From contig CBDAPU010000001.1 of NCBI GenBank assembly GCA_965198875.1, forward strand, positions 131,146 through 195,145: a stretch of DNA of 64,000 nt. Reading direction: 5' to 3'. Positions within the stretch are counted from its first letter, which is position 1, and the number at the start of each line of letters is the position of its first letter. The position numbers and the translations under genes were made by a program. The notes below the pieces were generated by a model that made no database searches, was not told where the DNA came from, and saw only the letters and a list, made by a program, of their open reading frames with translations. This DNA is from Gammaproteobacteria bacterium. Lineage in GTDB: Bacteria > Pseudomonadota > Gammaproteobacteria > Eutrophobiales > Eutrophobiaceae. Shown one piece after another: positions 27,748 through 38,586 of this stretch.

Positions 27748-28782
27748 ATGTGCGTAGCACAAAATCAATTTAATAAAAAACAGATTTGGGATTTCTGGCG
27801 ACAACTGGAAGAGGCCGATGTGGCGGAATGTCTACAGGCAGTGCATTCATTTTGCCACCGTGATCTTGGCTGGCACGGGCCGGAGCCGATTGCTGAGCTA
27901 CAAGGCACTGAGCACTTTTGCAGCAGGTTCTGGCAGCCGCTAAGGGCTTCTTTCCCCGATCTGAAACGCAGGATATTTATCTTTATGGGGGGGCGATCAA
28001 ACGGCAAGGTCGATGGCGATGCAGCCCGTGACGGGCGGATGTGGGTGTCCGGCACCGGCACGCTAGATGGGACATTTACCCATGACTATCTGGGCGTGCC
28101 TGCAAGCGGTGAGCGGATCAGCATTCGCTGGGGGGAGTTCTGCAAACTGCAGGAAGGCAAGATAACCGAGATATTCTGCCTGCTGGATTTTATCGATCTG
28201 ATGCAGCAGGTGGGGATTGAGGTGTTGCCGCCGAGCCTGGGGGCGGATGGTGTTTATTCCCCGCCAGGTGTTGCTGATGGCGTGATGCTGGATCCACAGG
28301 ATGAGAGCAATTCAGCATACGGCCTTGAGCACATTCGCCGATTTCTCTTTGACGGCCTGAACCGTTACGATCAAGATCACTTGAGTAGCATGGGAATGGC
28401 GACGTTTTTTCATCCTGATATAAGCTGGTATGGGCCCGGCGGTATCGGCGCCTGTTTCAGCTTAAAGGACTTTGAAGATCATCATCAGCGTCCCTGGCTA
28501 CAGGCTTACCCGGATCGTAGAGTCGTCGATATCGATGCTCTTTTTGCCGAGGGGGATTACAGTGCAGCGGCGGGCTGGGGAGATGTGGTGGCGACACACA
28601 CGGGTGAGTATAAAGGCGTCCCGGCCACGGGCAATGTGATCGAGTTTAACGGCCTGGACTGGTGGAAGCGGGATGGTGAGCGCTTCATCGAAAACTGGGT
28701 GTTTGTCGATATGGTGCATTTGTTTAACCAGCTCGGCGTCGATCTGTTTGCGAGGATGCGGCAAACAACAAGGCGCACCTGA
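27748..28782 (+). CDS. tandem NTF2/SnoaL-like protein, paralog 6
   Basis: 344 aa. Signatures …GVPASGERISIRWGEFCKLQEGKITE… and …GVPATGNVIEFNGLDWWKRDGERFIENWVFVDMVHLFNQLG. Confidence 0.7.
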   Translation: MCVAQNQFNKKQIWDFWRQLEEADVAECLQAVHSFCHRDLGWHGPEPIAELQGTEHFCSRFWQPLRASFPDLKRRIFIFMGGRSNGKVDGDAARDGRMWVSGTGTLDGTFTHDYLGVPASGERISIRWGEFCKLQEGKITEIFCLLDFIDLMQQVGIEVLPPSLGADGVYSPPGVADGVMLDPQDESNSAYGLEHIRRFLFDGLNRYDQDHLSSMGMATFFHPDISWYGPGGIGACFSLKDFEDHHQRPWLQAYPDRRVVDIDALFAEGDYSAAAGWGDVVATHTGEYKGVPATGNVIEFNGLDWWKRDGERFIENWVFVDMVHLFNQLGVDLFARMRQTTRRT

Positions 28783-28793
28783 TCTGACCCCAC

Positions 28794-29240
28794 ATGGCAA
28801 AGACAGAGCATAGAACCCGGTTAGATGATTACCCCTACTCTATCTCCATATCAACACGCTGGATGGACAATGACGTCTACGCACATGTAAATAATGTTGT
28901 CTACTATTCCTACTTCGACACCGTGGTCAATCAGTATCTCGTGGAAAACAACGTCCTGGATCCGGTTCGGGGCGAAGTCATTGGCCTGGTCGTTGAGACC
29001 CAGTGTCGGTATTTTGCGCCCGTCAGTTTTCCTGATCGCATCACCGCCGGATTAAACGTAGCGCATATCGGCAACACCAGTGTGCGTTATGAGATAGGTA
29101 TATTTAGAGACGATGAGAAACAGGCCGCCGCCCAGGGGCATTTCGTTCACGTTTATGTGGGTAGAACAACACGCACACCTACCCCGCTCCCTCAGCAGTT
29201 AAAAGATGCGTTACTGAAAATCAAAAGGCCGGTTTGTTAG
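28794..29240 (+). CDS. acyl-CoA thioesterase, hot-dog fold (4HBT/YbgC-like)
   Basis: 148 aa. N-terminus YSISISTRWMDNDVYAHVNNVVYYSYFD is typical of 4HBT-family thioesterases. Confidence 0.65.
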   Translation: MAKTEHRTRLDDYPYSISISTRWMDNDVYAHVNNVVYYSYFDTVVNQYLVENNVLDPVRGEVIGLVVETQCRYFAPVSFPDRITAGLNVAHIGNTSVRYEIGIFRDDEKQAAAQGHFVHVYVGRTTRTPTPLPQQLKDALLKIKRPVC

Positions 29241-29249
29241 ACTTGCAAC

Positions 29250-30056
29250 TCATGAGGGACGCCACATCACGTTTGTCTCGATGCTGCCGTCATGGTTCAG
29301 TGTCAGCTTGCGCCAGGCCGGCGGCTTGTTATCCACCTGAGACTCAAGGGATCTCGGCGTAAACTGCACGCAGGTAGAAGGGCTGCCGAGTAGATGAATA
29401 GCATTTCTTGATCGGGCGAATTCCTGATGGATATGCCCCCAGATCACCCCCCGCACATTTTTATCACGATCCAGGACGTCAAAAAACGCATGCCTGTTCT
29501 GCAAACCCATCTCGTCCATCCAGGGACAGTCAATGCTAACCGGATGGTGATGCAAACAGATCAACTTGTATTGATCTCTGGATTGCTCCAGCGCCTGTTG
29601 CAGAAAAGCAAGCTCCGATGCGGATAGAAAACCGCCATCACGGCCTGTTTGATGGGTGTCCAACAAGATGATCACCCAGCTAGCGGACGTCAGATACTTT
29701 GCCGTGCTGATAGCGCCGTCATTTAGATGGGCGTGCATCATCGCCGGCTCGTCATGGTTGCCGGGCAGGCAAAATACCGGGGCGCGAATCGGTTTTAATA
29801 ACTGCGCTAATTTCTCATAGGCTGCAATAGACGGCGTATTCACCAGATCGCCGGTCACGATAACCATGTCCGGATCCGCCCGAAGCCGTATATCTTCTAT
29901 CACGCTTGCTAATGTTCCACTGGTTTTAACCCCGGCAAACAAGGCGTCTTCATCGGCTGAAATATGCGTGTCCGTGATTTGTATGATGCGGATCAAGCCG
30001 GGGGCATGGCTTTGAATGTTGACACGTTGTAACATGGGTTTATGAGATAATGGCAA
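29250..30056 (-). CDS. cpdA: 3',5'-cyclic-nucleotide phosphodiesterase (metallophosphoesterase), CpdA-like
   Basis: 268 aa. Calcineurin-like motifs (ITDTHI, GDLVNTPS, GNHD, GHIH). Conserved neighbourhood with parE/parC as in enterobacteria. Confidence 0.75.
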   Translation of the reverse strand: MPLSHKPMLQRVNIQSHAPGLIRIIQITDTHISADEDALFAGVKTSGTLASVIEDIRLRADPDMVIVTGDLVNTPSIAAYEKLAQLLKPIRAPVFCLPGNHDEPAMMHAHLNDGAISTAKYLTSASWVIILLDTHQTGRDGGFLSASELAFLQQALEQSRDQYKLICLHHHPVSIDCPWMDEMGLQNRHAFFDVLDRDKNVRGVIWGHIHQEFARSRNAIHLLGSPSTCVQFTPRSLESQVDNKPPAWRKLTLNHDGSIETNVMWRPS

Positions 30057-30380
30057 AAGACTTATGTCAACAACATCGATCAGTTTAACCGCCCGGCTCT
30101 ATGAGCCTATGCCTTGTGTGACATGGCGGGAAGGAACACACACAAGAGCAGGCAGGCCAATAGCCCCTGAAAGAGCCAGTTCATAGCGATGATACATTGC
30201 TTACCTTCCGGCGGGGCTATGGCTATCAATAATGCGCTTTGGGGCGAAGATGTGGCGGCCCCTGACAAGCAATCGGATAGGACCTTCGCCATCGGTGCGT
30301 TCAATCCCATGGTGATGAGTGAGCCGTTACATGCATGATAGCGATTGCCGCTGGATTGACCTTTATCAAGAAAATAGCCC

Positions 30381-31769
30381 GTGAAACAACCCGCCAACTC
30401 GATTAAGTCCCTGCTCGGCTCCGATGAGGCCATGGCATCAGTCAATGTGAGCGGTTGGGTCAGGAGCAGGCGGGACGCCAGGGCCTTTTCTTTTATTGAA
30501 GTAAATGATGGTTCCTGTCTTGCCAATATCCAGATCATCGTCAATGTAGATCCCGGCAATGAGGAAACAATCAAACACATCACCACCGGCGCCGCAATTT
30601 CAGTACAGGGTGCGCTGGTTGAGTCCCCGGGTAAGGGACAGAAATGGGAGATCCATGCCACTGCTGTGGATATCATCGGCAGCGCCCCTGAGGATTTCCC
30701 CTTGCAGAAGAAACGGCATTCAGATGAGTTTCTTCGTACCATCGCCCACCTTCGCCCGCGCACAAATAAATATGGGGCGCTGTTTCGCATACGTTCAAAA
30801 CTATCCCATGCAATCCACTCGTTTTTTCAGGAGCGGGGGTTTCACTGGATCCACACGCCCATCATTACCGGCGCTGATTGCGAAGGCGCCGGCGAGATGT
30901 TTGGCGTGACCACACTGGATTTAAATAACCTGCCTCGAAGAGAAGGCGGCGTCGATTTCTCGCAAGATTTTTTCGGCAAGGAAGCCAACTTGACTGTTTC
31001 CGGTCAACTGTCCCTTGAGACCTGTTGCCTTAGTCTGGGTAAGGTCTACACCTTCGGTCCGGCTTTTCGTGCCGAGAATTCCAATACCTCTCGGCATGTG
31101 GCTGAGTTCTGGATGATCGAGCCGGAGGTGGCGTTTGCCGATCTGAATGACGATATGGACCTGGCGGAGGCGCTCATTCGTCACCTGGTGGGTTTCGTCA
31201 TGGATGCGTGCAGTGAGGATCTGGCGCTGTTTGCAAAATTCGTGGATACATCCCTGCTCTGCACATTAAACAACATTGCCGATAATGATTTTATTCGCCT
31301 GCCCTACACTGAGGCTATCGCTATCTTAAAGAAATCAAATCAGGGCTTTGCATTTACGCCTGAGTGGGGCAAAGACCTGCAATCAGAGCATGAACGGTTT
31401 TTAACTGAGCGACATTTTCAGCAACCCCTTATCGTTTATGATTACCCAAAGGAGATCAAGGCTTTTTATATGCGAGAGAACGACGATGAGAAAACCGTCG
31501 CCGCCATGGATGTGCTCGTCCCGTCTATCGGTGAGATCATCGGTGGCAGTCAGCGGGAAGAGCGTTACGAGAAGCTAAAACAGCGCATTATTGAGTCCGG
31601 CGTTGATGAGAAAAATTACTGGTGGTATCTGCAGATGCGCAAATATGGCTCGGCGCCCCACTGTGGTTTCGGCTTGGGTTTCGAGCGGTTGTTAATGTTA
31701 TTGACCGGAGTGCGTAATATCCGTGATGTGATCCCCTTCCCGCGCACACCCGCTCACCTTGAGTTTTAA
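30381..31769 (+). CDS. asnS: asparagine--tRNA ligase
   Basis: 462 aa, collinear with E. coli AsnS (GWVRSRRDARAFSFIEVNDGSC; FRAENSNTSRHVAEFWMIEPE; GGSQREER; GFGLGFERL). The start may instead be the internal ATG at 30435. Confidence 0.9.
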   Translation: MKQPANSIKSLLGSDEAMASVNVSGWVRSRRDARAFSFIEVNDGSCLANIQIIVNVDPGNEETIKHITTGAAISVQGALVESPGKGQKWEIHATAVDIIGSAPEDFPLQKKRHSDEFLRTIAHLRPRTNKYGALFRIRSKLSHAIHSFFQERGFHWIHTPIITGADCEGAGEMFGVTTLDLNNLPRREGGVDFSQDFFGKEANLTVSGQLSLETCCLSLGKVYTFGPAFRAENSNTSRHVAEFWMIEPEVAFADLNDDMDLAEALIRHLVGFVMDACSEDLALFAKFVDTSLLCTLNNIADNDFIRLPYTEAIAILKKSNQGFAFTPEWGKDLQSEHERFLTERHFQQPLIVYDYPKEIKAFYMRENDDEKTVAAMDVLVPSIGEIIGGSQREERYEKLKQRIIESGVDEKNYWWYLQMRKYGSAPHCGFGLGFERLLMLLTGVRNIRDVIPFPRTPAHLEF

Positions 31770-31822
31770 CTCCGGTCAAATAGATCCGCACCCATTGTCA
31801 ACCACATCGCGATCATGGCCTG

Positions 31823-33739
31823 TTATTCCTCGTGTTGCCGAAAGAACTTCTCTACATCGGATAATACCTGCGTGTGTTCCATGTGCGGCAGGCTGTCAAG
31901 AAACACCTTCCCGTAGGGCCTGCTCTTTAACCGGGGATCGCAGATCATCAACACGCCGTAGTCGTTTTTATCCCGTAGTAGACGGCCTATGCCCTGCTTT
32001 AAGGCAATCACGGCTTCGGGCACCTGATACCCCATGAACGGGTTTTTGCCCTGCTCTTGCATTTGTTTTAGTCTTGCACTCAATACCGGATCGCCGGGCG
32101 CTGCGAAGGGTAGTTTATCGATAATCACGCAGGACAACGCCTGGCCTTTTACGTCAACCCCTTCCCAGAAACTGCTTGTGCCCAGCAAGACTGCGTGCTC
32201 CGTGTTGCGAAAAGTCTCTAACAATTCCGTGCGTGGGGCGTCGCCCTGCACAAGAATGGGATAGTCGATCTTCTCTTTGATCAGATCGCCGGCCAGACGC
32301 AGGGCCCGGTGGCTGGTGAACAGAAAAAACCCGCGGCCACGGGTCAATTCCAGCACGGGAATGGCTGCATTCACTACCCGCTCGGTAAAGCCCTCCTCGC
32401 TCGGGGCAGGCAGGCCCGGCGGCAAATACAGTAGCGACTGGCTGGTGAAGTTAAAGGGGCTATCCCAGCTCCGGGCTTTTATCTCATCCAGACCTAATTG
32501 CGATGCAAAATGCCCGAAGGTTTGATTGACGCTCAAGGTGGCCGATGTATAAATATTAAGACTGGCCTGCTCCTGCATACGCTGTTGAAAAGCCATGGCG
32601 ATATCCAGGGGCGTTTGATGAAAAAAGAAGCCCCGGCCGCGTGTTTCAATCCATTGAACAAGGCCGGTTTCGGCACCACCATTGAAGGCATCGAGGAGCT
32701 CCAGCATGCCGTCAAGACGCCGGTAACAGTTATCCAGTGACTTGCCCCTGTTTGAAAACGCATCTAAAAGTCGGCCCAGGGCATGGGTTTTTTCCATCAG
32801 TTTCGCAAGCGCCGACATCACCTTGTTGCGACCTCGGACGTCATGCCAGGCGATGCGCCTGTCTTCCCCTGGGAGGGCCAAACGCAAATCACGCACGGCT
32901 CGCTCAGCGCCGTCCAGTAACGCCAGGAAGTCCGGCAGATCCGCCGCCTCTTCAAAATAAGCGGCCTTTGCATCTGTCAGCAACTCCAGTAATTGCCGGC
33001 TACTCAATGTCTTGCTGAAAAACTGTGAGGCGAGCTCCGGTAATTGATGGGCCTCATCAAATATCACCAGATCCGCTGCGGGTAACAATTCCCCGTAACC
33101 CACTTCTTTTAGCGCCATATCCGCAAGAAAAAGATGATGATTGACCACGGTGAGATCCGCTTCAATGGCATGCTGACGGGCCTTGAATACAAAACAATCC
33201 TCATAAAAATCACATTCCTGCCCGAGGCAATTATCTCTGGTAGAGATACAGCTTGAGCGGATGAATGAGTCCTCAGGGATGTGGGTTAATTCAGATAATT
33301 CCCCGGCCTTTGTTGCCTGTGACCAGTTGCGAATATCCGTCAGTAAACTCCTGGCGCCATCATCCATATAACGATGATCCCTCTCGGCCTGTTTGAGTTT
33401 ATACAAGCATAAATAATTGGCCCGCCCCTTTAACAACGCCACATTGACGGGGCGCCCTATCGCCTGTCGCACCAGGGGCAGATCACGAAGGAAGAGCTGA
33501 TCCTGCAAGTGTTTAGTGCCGGTAGAGACGATCACCTTGTGGCCCGACATGATGGCCGGCACAAGATAGGCGAATGTTTTGCCCGTACCGGTACCCGCCT
33601 CGCAGATCAAGGACTGCTGGTGATGGATAGCCTCGGCAATGGTCTCGGCCATTTCCATTTGCTGCGCTCGCACGGCATAGCCTGAAATGATCCCAGACAG
33701 ACTACCCTGCTCTTTTAATATGTCCGCTACTCTCTGCAT
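31823..33739 (-). CDS. yoaA: ATP-dependent DNA helicase, DinG/YoaA family (Rad3-like)
   Basis: 638 aa. Walker A (EAGTGTGKTFAYLVP), DEAH box (VIFDEAHQL), C-terminal helicase motifs. The length matches YoaA rather than DinG. Confidence 0.8.
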   Translation of the reverse strand: MQRVADILKEQGSLSGIISGYAVRAQQMEMAETIAEAIHHQQSLICEAGTGTGKTFAYLVPAIMSGHKVIVSTGTKHLQDQLFLRDLPLVRQAIGRPVNVALLKGRANYLCLYKLKQAERDHRYMDDGARSLLTDIRNWSQATKAGELSELTHIPEDSFIRSSCISTRDNCLGQECDFYEDCFVFKARQHAIEADLTVVNHHLFLADMALKEVGYGELLPAADLVIFDEAHQLPELASQFFSKTLSSRQLLELLTDAKAAYFEEAADLPDFLALLDGAERAVRDLRLALPGEDRRIAWHDVRGRNKVMSALAKLMEKTHALGRLLDAFSNRGKSLDNCYRRLDGMLELLDAFNGGAETGLVQWIETRGRGFFFHQTPLDIAMAFQQRMQEQASLNIYTSATLSVNQTFGHFASQLGLDEIKARSWDSPFNFTSQSLLYLPPGLPAPSEEGFTERVVNAAIPVLELTRGRGFFLFTSHRALRLAGDLIKEKIDYPILVQGDAPRTELLETFRNTEHAVLLGTSSFWEGVDVKGQALSCVIIDKLPFAAPGDPVLSARLKQMQEQGKNPFMGYQVPEAVIALKQGIGRLLRDKNDYGVLMICDPRLKSRPYGKVFLDSLPHMEHTQVLSDVEKFFRQHEE

Positions 33740-34090
33740 GGCAACAGCATAACGAGGTTGGCTAGTCGAGACCAGAGCAAAAACCCCTGCCCAGGCTTTG
33801 CTTCAACCGATCCGATTTTTTTAATCACCCGACACGGGTCTTCAACCGGCCCTGAATGCACCCGGGCGATCCGCTCTTTTTTATTGGAAGAGAGGATGGA
33901 GCCGCCAGAGAGATCGCTAGATAAAAATAATCACCCAGGGCCGGATCTTGAAAATGAGTGATGTTTCATCTGTGCAGGGAGGTTTTTTTGAGAGGCGCAG
34001 TTACATACAGTCTATCGCCAGGCGGGCGCGCATTTTAAGATAAGATGAAAACACCGCATGGGCAGGGAAACACCCATTTAAGGAGAGGAG

Positions 34091-34660
34091 TTAATCTTTT
34101 ATACGAGCGACATATTCAGCTTTGCGGGTGTCAATTTTTATTATTTCACCCGGATCTACAAACAGGGGGACTTTGACCACCGCACCCGTCTCCAGTGTCG
34201 CCAGTTTGCTTCCACCAGCGGCGGTATCACCCCGTATCCCGGGAGCGGTTTCAGCAACTTGTAGCTCGACAAAGTTAGGCGGCAGTATGCTGAGCGGCGC
34301 ACCGTTCCACAGCGTCACCTCGCACATCTCCTCACCCTTCAGCCACCGACTGGTGTCCCCCATCGCTGTCGTATCTACGGCAATCTGCTCATAACTGTCA
34401 TTGTCCATAAAGTGCCACATCTGCCCATCGCTGTAGAGGTACTGTAGTTTCACTTCCATCACGTCCGCCGCTTCAACACTTTCACCTGACTTCCAGGTTC
34501 TCTCCAGCACCCGGCCTGTCTTTAAGTTGCGAAATTTAACCCGATTAAAAGCCTGACCTTTACCGGGTTTGACGAATTTTTTCTCAATAATGGAGCACGG
34601 CTCCCCATCGATCAGCAGTTTTAAGCCTGTCCTGAACTCGTTGGTGCTATAGGTCGCCAT
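34091..34660 (-). CDS. efp: elongation factor P
   Basis: 189 aa, collinear with E. coli EF-P, including the KPGKGQAF loop carrying the modified lysine. Confidence 0.9.
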   Translation of the reverse strand: MATYSTNEFRTGLKLLIDGEPCSIIEKKFVKPGKGQAFNRVKFRNLKTGRVLERTWKSGESVEAADVMEVKLQYLYSDGQMWHFMDNDSYEQIAVDTTAMGDTSRWLKGEEMCEVTLWNGAPLSILPPNFVELQVAETAPGIRGDTAAGGSKLATLETGAVVKVPLFVDPGEIIKIDTRKAEYVARIKD

Positions 34661-34801
34661 CTCTTTCGCCTGTTGTATTTATCAACATTGCCTGTCATAC
34701 ATAACCAGTGTGGGGCAAAACATATGCTGGTGCATCCTTAAATGACCACAGATCGCCCATATCCCAAATCATGGAAGATGAGCAGGGCCAACGCCAGCTT
34801 T

Positions 34802-37060
34802 TTATTTTTGTCTCTGAACTCCCAGCATGGACACCTGCCGGTAACCTCGTGGCAGCATACTTCCACGCCGCCCCCTCTCGCCATAATACTGCTCGATATC
34901 AGCGGGTTTAAGCGTCAACGTGCGTTTACCGGACTTCAGGGCAAGTGCATCACCCCGGCTAAAAATGCTAATCGCAACCACATGCTCTTCTCCTGTTTTT
35001 AGTTTAGCTGGTGGAATTTGAATTATTTTAATCCCCTTGCCCTTTGCAAGTTGCGGAAATGCAGACAAGCCGGTTACCAGCAGATAGCCGCTTGAGGTGA
35101 CGGCGGCGATAAGGTCTTGCTTATGATCATGTACCCGTGAGGGGGGCAGGACACGGGCTTTTTCAGGAACCGTTAATACCGCCTTGCCATTTTTCGTCTT
35201 CACCTGAAGATCATTCAAGCTGACGACAAACCCATAACCTGCATCGCTGGCGAGAAAGTATGCCGTATCATTATCACCCATCATCACGCCTTTGAAGGTG
35301 GCGCCGTCCGGCGGCGTCACCCGGCTGGTTACCGGCTCACCATGGCTACGTGCTGAGGGCAGGCTATGTGTGGGGATGGCATAACAACGCCCGGTTGAGT
35401 CAAGAAAGATGGCGGACTGATTGCTGCGCCCTTTTACGGCCTGTTGAAACCCATCGCTGGCGCGATAATGCAGGTTTTCAACGTCAATATCATGGCCTTT
35501 GGCCGCTCGCACCCAGCCTTTTTGTGACAATACCACGGTGACGGGCTCCGTCGGCATTAGCTGAGTTTCATCCATGGCCCGGGCCTCTGCCCGCTCTTTT
35601 AATGGTGAACATCGCCCATCACCGAATGCCGCCGCATCCGCCTTGAGCTCTTTTTTGATCAATGTCTTCAAACGGGCATCTGAGCCAAGAAGCTGTTGCA
35701 GGGATTGTCGTTCCTGTTGTAGCTCGTCCAGCTCACCCTTTATCTTCATCTCCTCGAGCTTCGCCAGTTTGCGTAACTTCAAATCAAGGATGGCCTCGGC
35801 CTGTATGTCGGATAGCTTGAAACGCGTCTTCAGCGCCTGCTTTGGCTTATCCTCTTCTCGCACTATCTGAATAACCTCATCAATGCTCAAATAAGCCACC
35901 ATCAGCCCTTTTAAGATCTGGATCTGCGCCTCGATCTTCTCCAGGCGATATTGCAAACGCCGCCTCACCGTATCCGTGCGATACCTCAGCCATTCCTGTA
36001 ATATGGTTCTTAAATCTTTGACCTTGGGACGACCGTTGATCCCGATCATATTCAGGTTGACACGATAATGTCGCTCCAAGTCTGTGGTGGCGAATAAATG
36101 TGACATCAGCGCATCAAAGGCAACCCGGTTAGAGCGCGGGATCAGTATGATGCGTGTCGGGTTTTCATGATCGGACTCATCACGCAGATCCGCCAGCATG
36201 GGCAGTTTCTTTGCCTTTATCTGTGCGGCGATTTGCTCTAAGACCTTATTACCCGACGTTTGATGCGGCAGTGCGGTGATGATGATGTTGCCATCTTCTC
36301 TCTCCCATTTGGCACGCATTTTCACGGAGCCATGACCGCTCTGATACATCTCGAACAGCTCCTCCCGGGGTGTGATAATTTCCGCATCGGTGGGGAAGTC
36401 AGGGCCTTTTATGTGCGTTAATAATTCCCTGAGGGTGCTTTTGGGGGCATCGAGTAATGTGATGCAGGCGTCGGTCACTTCTCTGAGGTTATGTGGGGGA
36501 ATGTCAGTGGTCATGCCCACAGCAATGCCGGTCGTGCCGTTCAACAACACATTGGGCAGCCGTGCCGGCAATAACTTTGGCTCTTCTAAGGTGCCGTCAA
36601 AATTGGGAACCCACTCAGCCGTCCCCTGGCCGAGCTCTGATAATAAAGTGTGTGCATAGGGTTTTAACTTCGCCTCCGTATAACGCATGGCGGCGAACGA
36701 TTTCGGATCGTCCATGGAGCCCCAGTTGCCCTGACCATCTACTATGGGATAGCGATAACTGAAATCCTGGGCCATGAGCACCATGGCCTCATAACAGGCG
36801 GCGTCACCATGGGGATGAAACTTGCCAATAACATCACCTACAGTACGCGCCGATTTTTTGAATTTCGATGCAGCGCCCAGACCCAGTTCCGACATGGCGT
36901 ACATGATCCGTCGCTGCACTGGTTTTAAGCCATCGCCGATATGCGGCAGGGCCCGATCCAGAATAACGTACATGGAATAGTCCAGATAGGCCTGTTCCGT
37001 GAACTCATGTAACGCACGGGATTCGGTTGGTTCAAAATCCAGGGTTAAATTCTCAGACAT
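34802..37060 (-). CDS. parC: DNA topoisomerase IV subunit A
   Basis: 752 aa (same length as E. coli ParC). GyrA/ParC N-terminus ([12 protein letters not shown]) and active-site region ([10 protein letters not shown]). Paired with parE downstream in the window. Confidence 0.9.
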   Translation of the reverse strand: MSENLTLDFEPTESRALHEFTEQAYLDYSMYVILDRALPHIGDGLKPVQRRIMYAMSELGLGAASKFKKSARTVGDVIGKFHPHGDAACYEAMVLMAQDFSYRYPIVDGQGNWGSMDDPKSFAAMRYTEAKLKPYAHTLLSELGQGTAEWVPNFDGTLEEPKLLPARLPNVLLNGTTGIAVGMTTDIPPHNLREVTDACITLLDAPKSTLRELLTHIKGPDFPTDAEIITPREELFEMYQSGHGSVKMRAKWEREDGNIIITALPHQTSGNKVLEQIAAQIKAKKLPMLADLRDESDHENPTRIILIPRSNRVAFDALMSHLFATTDLERHYRVNLNMIGINGRPKVKDLRTILQEWLRYRTDTVRRRLQYRLEKIEAQIQILKGLMVAYLSIDEVIQIVREEDKPKQALKTRFKLSDIQAEAILDLKLRKLAKLEEMKIKGELDELQQERQSLQQLLGSDARLKTLIKKELKADAAAFGDGRCSPLKERAEARAMDETQLMPTEPVTVVLSQKGWVRAAKGHDIDVENLHYRASDGFQQAVKGRSNQSAIFLDSTGRCYAIPTHSLPSARSHGEPVTSRVTPPDGATFKGVMMGDNDTAYFLASDAGYGFVVSLNDLQVKTKNGKAVLTVPEKARVLPPSRVHDHKQDLIAAVTSSGYLLVTGLSAFPQLAKGKGIKIIQIPPAKLKTGEEHVVAISIFSRGDALALKSGKRTLTLKPADIEQYYGERGRRGSMLPRGYRQVSMLGVQRQK

Positions 37061-37321
37061 AAGTCGTCTAATTGATAATAGATGGATAAAGGCACGGACG
37101 GGAAGATATTCTCATCTAACCAGGCACAAATGGGAAGTTAAAAAACAGACTGCTCATAAAACGCTGAGCCAGACCCGCGAGATCGGAGATATAAAAGCCG
37201 TGGGTGCATTATCCGGCGCTTCCTTATTTAACAAGCGGTATAATAGGGCTTAGCAGTTTACTCGCTTGCGCCGGCCCTGCAGGCAATGTGGCGCAATCTA
37301 ATGAAAACACGATAACACAGG

Positions 37322-38269
37322 ATGAGGATAATGGGATTGAGAGGGCATTATTTTAACAAACAGGCGATAGCCGGGTTATTGCTTTTGGGTAGTATCAGCA
37401 TGGCTTCTGGCGGGGAGCGCATCATCAAGCCCTTTGATATGTCCGCTCATTCCACAACCATACATGCCAACGGACTCAGTTTTCCCGTCACCATCTACGG
37501 CAAGGGCCCGGTGGTTTTATTCCTGCATGGCTTCCCGGACTCAAGAGAAGTATGGCGCTATCAGGTGCAGGCCATAGCCGATGCCGGTTTCAAAGTGGTT
37601 GTGCCTGATCAGCGGGGTTTTGGCGATGCAAGCCGTCCTGATGGTGAAGAACATTACCACATTCAAAAACTAACCGCAGATGTCCTCACCATCATGGACT
37701 ATCTGGCGATAGACAAGGCACGGTTGATCGGCCATGACTTCGGCGCCGGCCTCGCCTGGTTTATGGCCGCCCATAGACCGGATCGGTTCAGCCAGCTTGT
37801 GGTCATGTCTGTCGGCTCCTCGGGCAATCCCGGCTGGGATACCATCGCCCAGCGTGAAGCATCCTGGTATTTTGATTTTTTTAACAAGAGCGGTATTGCT
37901 GAAAACGCACTGATGGCAAATGACTGGGACTTGTTCAAACGGCTTACCCGCCATAGTGGTGATCAGGCATACTTCTTAAAGAACCTGGCTCGCCCCGGGG
38001 CCTTAACCGCAGCGCTCAACTGGTATCGCGCAAACACCAAAGGCTGGGGAGGATTACATAGGGGCCTCCATTACCCGTTAATCACGATACCGGTGATGGG
38101 GATCTGGAGCAGTGATGATCCCTTTTTGCTGGAAGAGCAGATGAGGCAATCAAAGGTGAATGTCAAAGGCGCCTGGCGCTATGAGCGTATAGAAGATGCC
38201 GGGCATTGGTTCATGCTGGAGAGACCCGAGGAAGTGAATCGACTCCTCCTGGATTTTCTCAGGGAATAA
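37322..38269 (+). CDS. alpha/beta hydrolase (epoxide hydrolase/haloalkane dehalogenase-like) with signal peptide
   Basis: 315 aa. HGFP oxyanion motif (LFLHGFPDS), nucleophile motif GHDFGAG, C-terminal GHW. Confidence 0.7.
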   Translation: MRIMGLRGHYFNKQAIAGLLLLGSISMASGGERIIKPFDMSAHSTTIHANGLSFPVTIYGKGPVVLFLHGFPDSREVWRYQVQAIADAGFKVVVPDQRGFGDASRPDGEEHYHIQKLTADVLTIMDYLAIDKARLIGHDFGAGLAWFMAAHRPDRFSQLVVMSVGSSGNPGWDTIAQREASWYFDFFNKSGIAENALMANDWDLFKRLTRHSGDQAYFLKNLARPGALTAALNWYRANTKGWGGLHRGLHYPLITIPVMGIWSSDDPFLLEEQMRQSKVNVKGAWRYERIEDAGHWFMLERPEEVNRLLLDFLRE

Positions 38270-38586
38270 TGTTGATCAGGGCCTGTGTGGTATCGCCATA
38301 AGGTTAGAGGCGGTTGTATAATACACCGGCACATAGAAGAGACGATATAGACAAACAGATATGGGTTTATTATCTCCTCATCTAGCCAGGCAAAGAAGCA
38401 CGCATGGCGACATCGTCAAGGACAATCGTCTTTGCCTTGAATGCCCTGTTCCAGATCCTGTGCACAGATGCGCCTTCACATGATTTACCATCGGATAACA
38501 GTGCCGGGAAGAATATGCATAGATATTTTTGTCTTTGGCATGATAAAGCTAGTGGGAAAAGTGTGTAGCCTCAACCATCGAAGGAA

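Noticed and set aside
30107-30790. 227-aa minus-strand ORF overlapping the first ~400 nt of asnS
   Set aside because: It is low-complexity, Ser/Ala/Cys-rich and has no recognisable domain. It is antisense to a highly conserved AsnS N-terminus and is almost certainly a spurious shadow ORF.
33740-34090. Intergenic region between the helicase and efp checked for a tRNA or small RNA
   Set aside because: No tRNA-like conserved elements (T-loop GTTCRANYC, CCA-proximal acceptor pairing) were visible. Nothing supportable.
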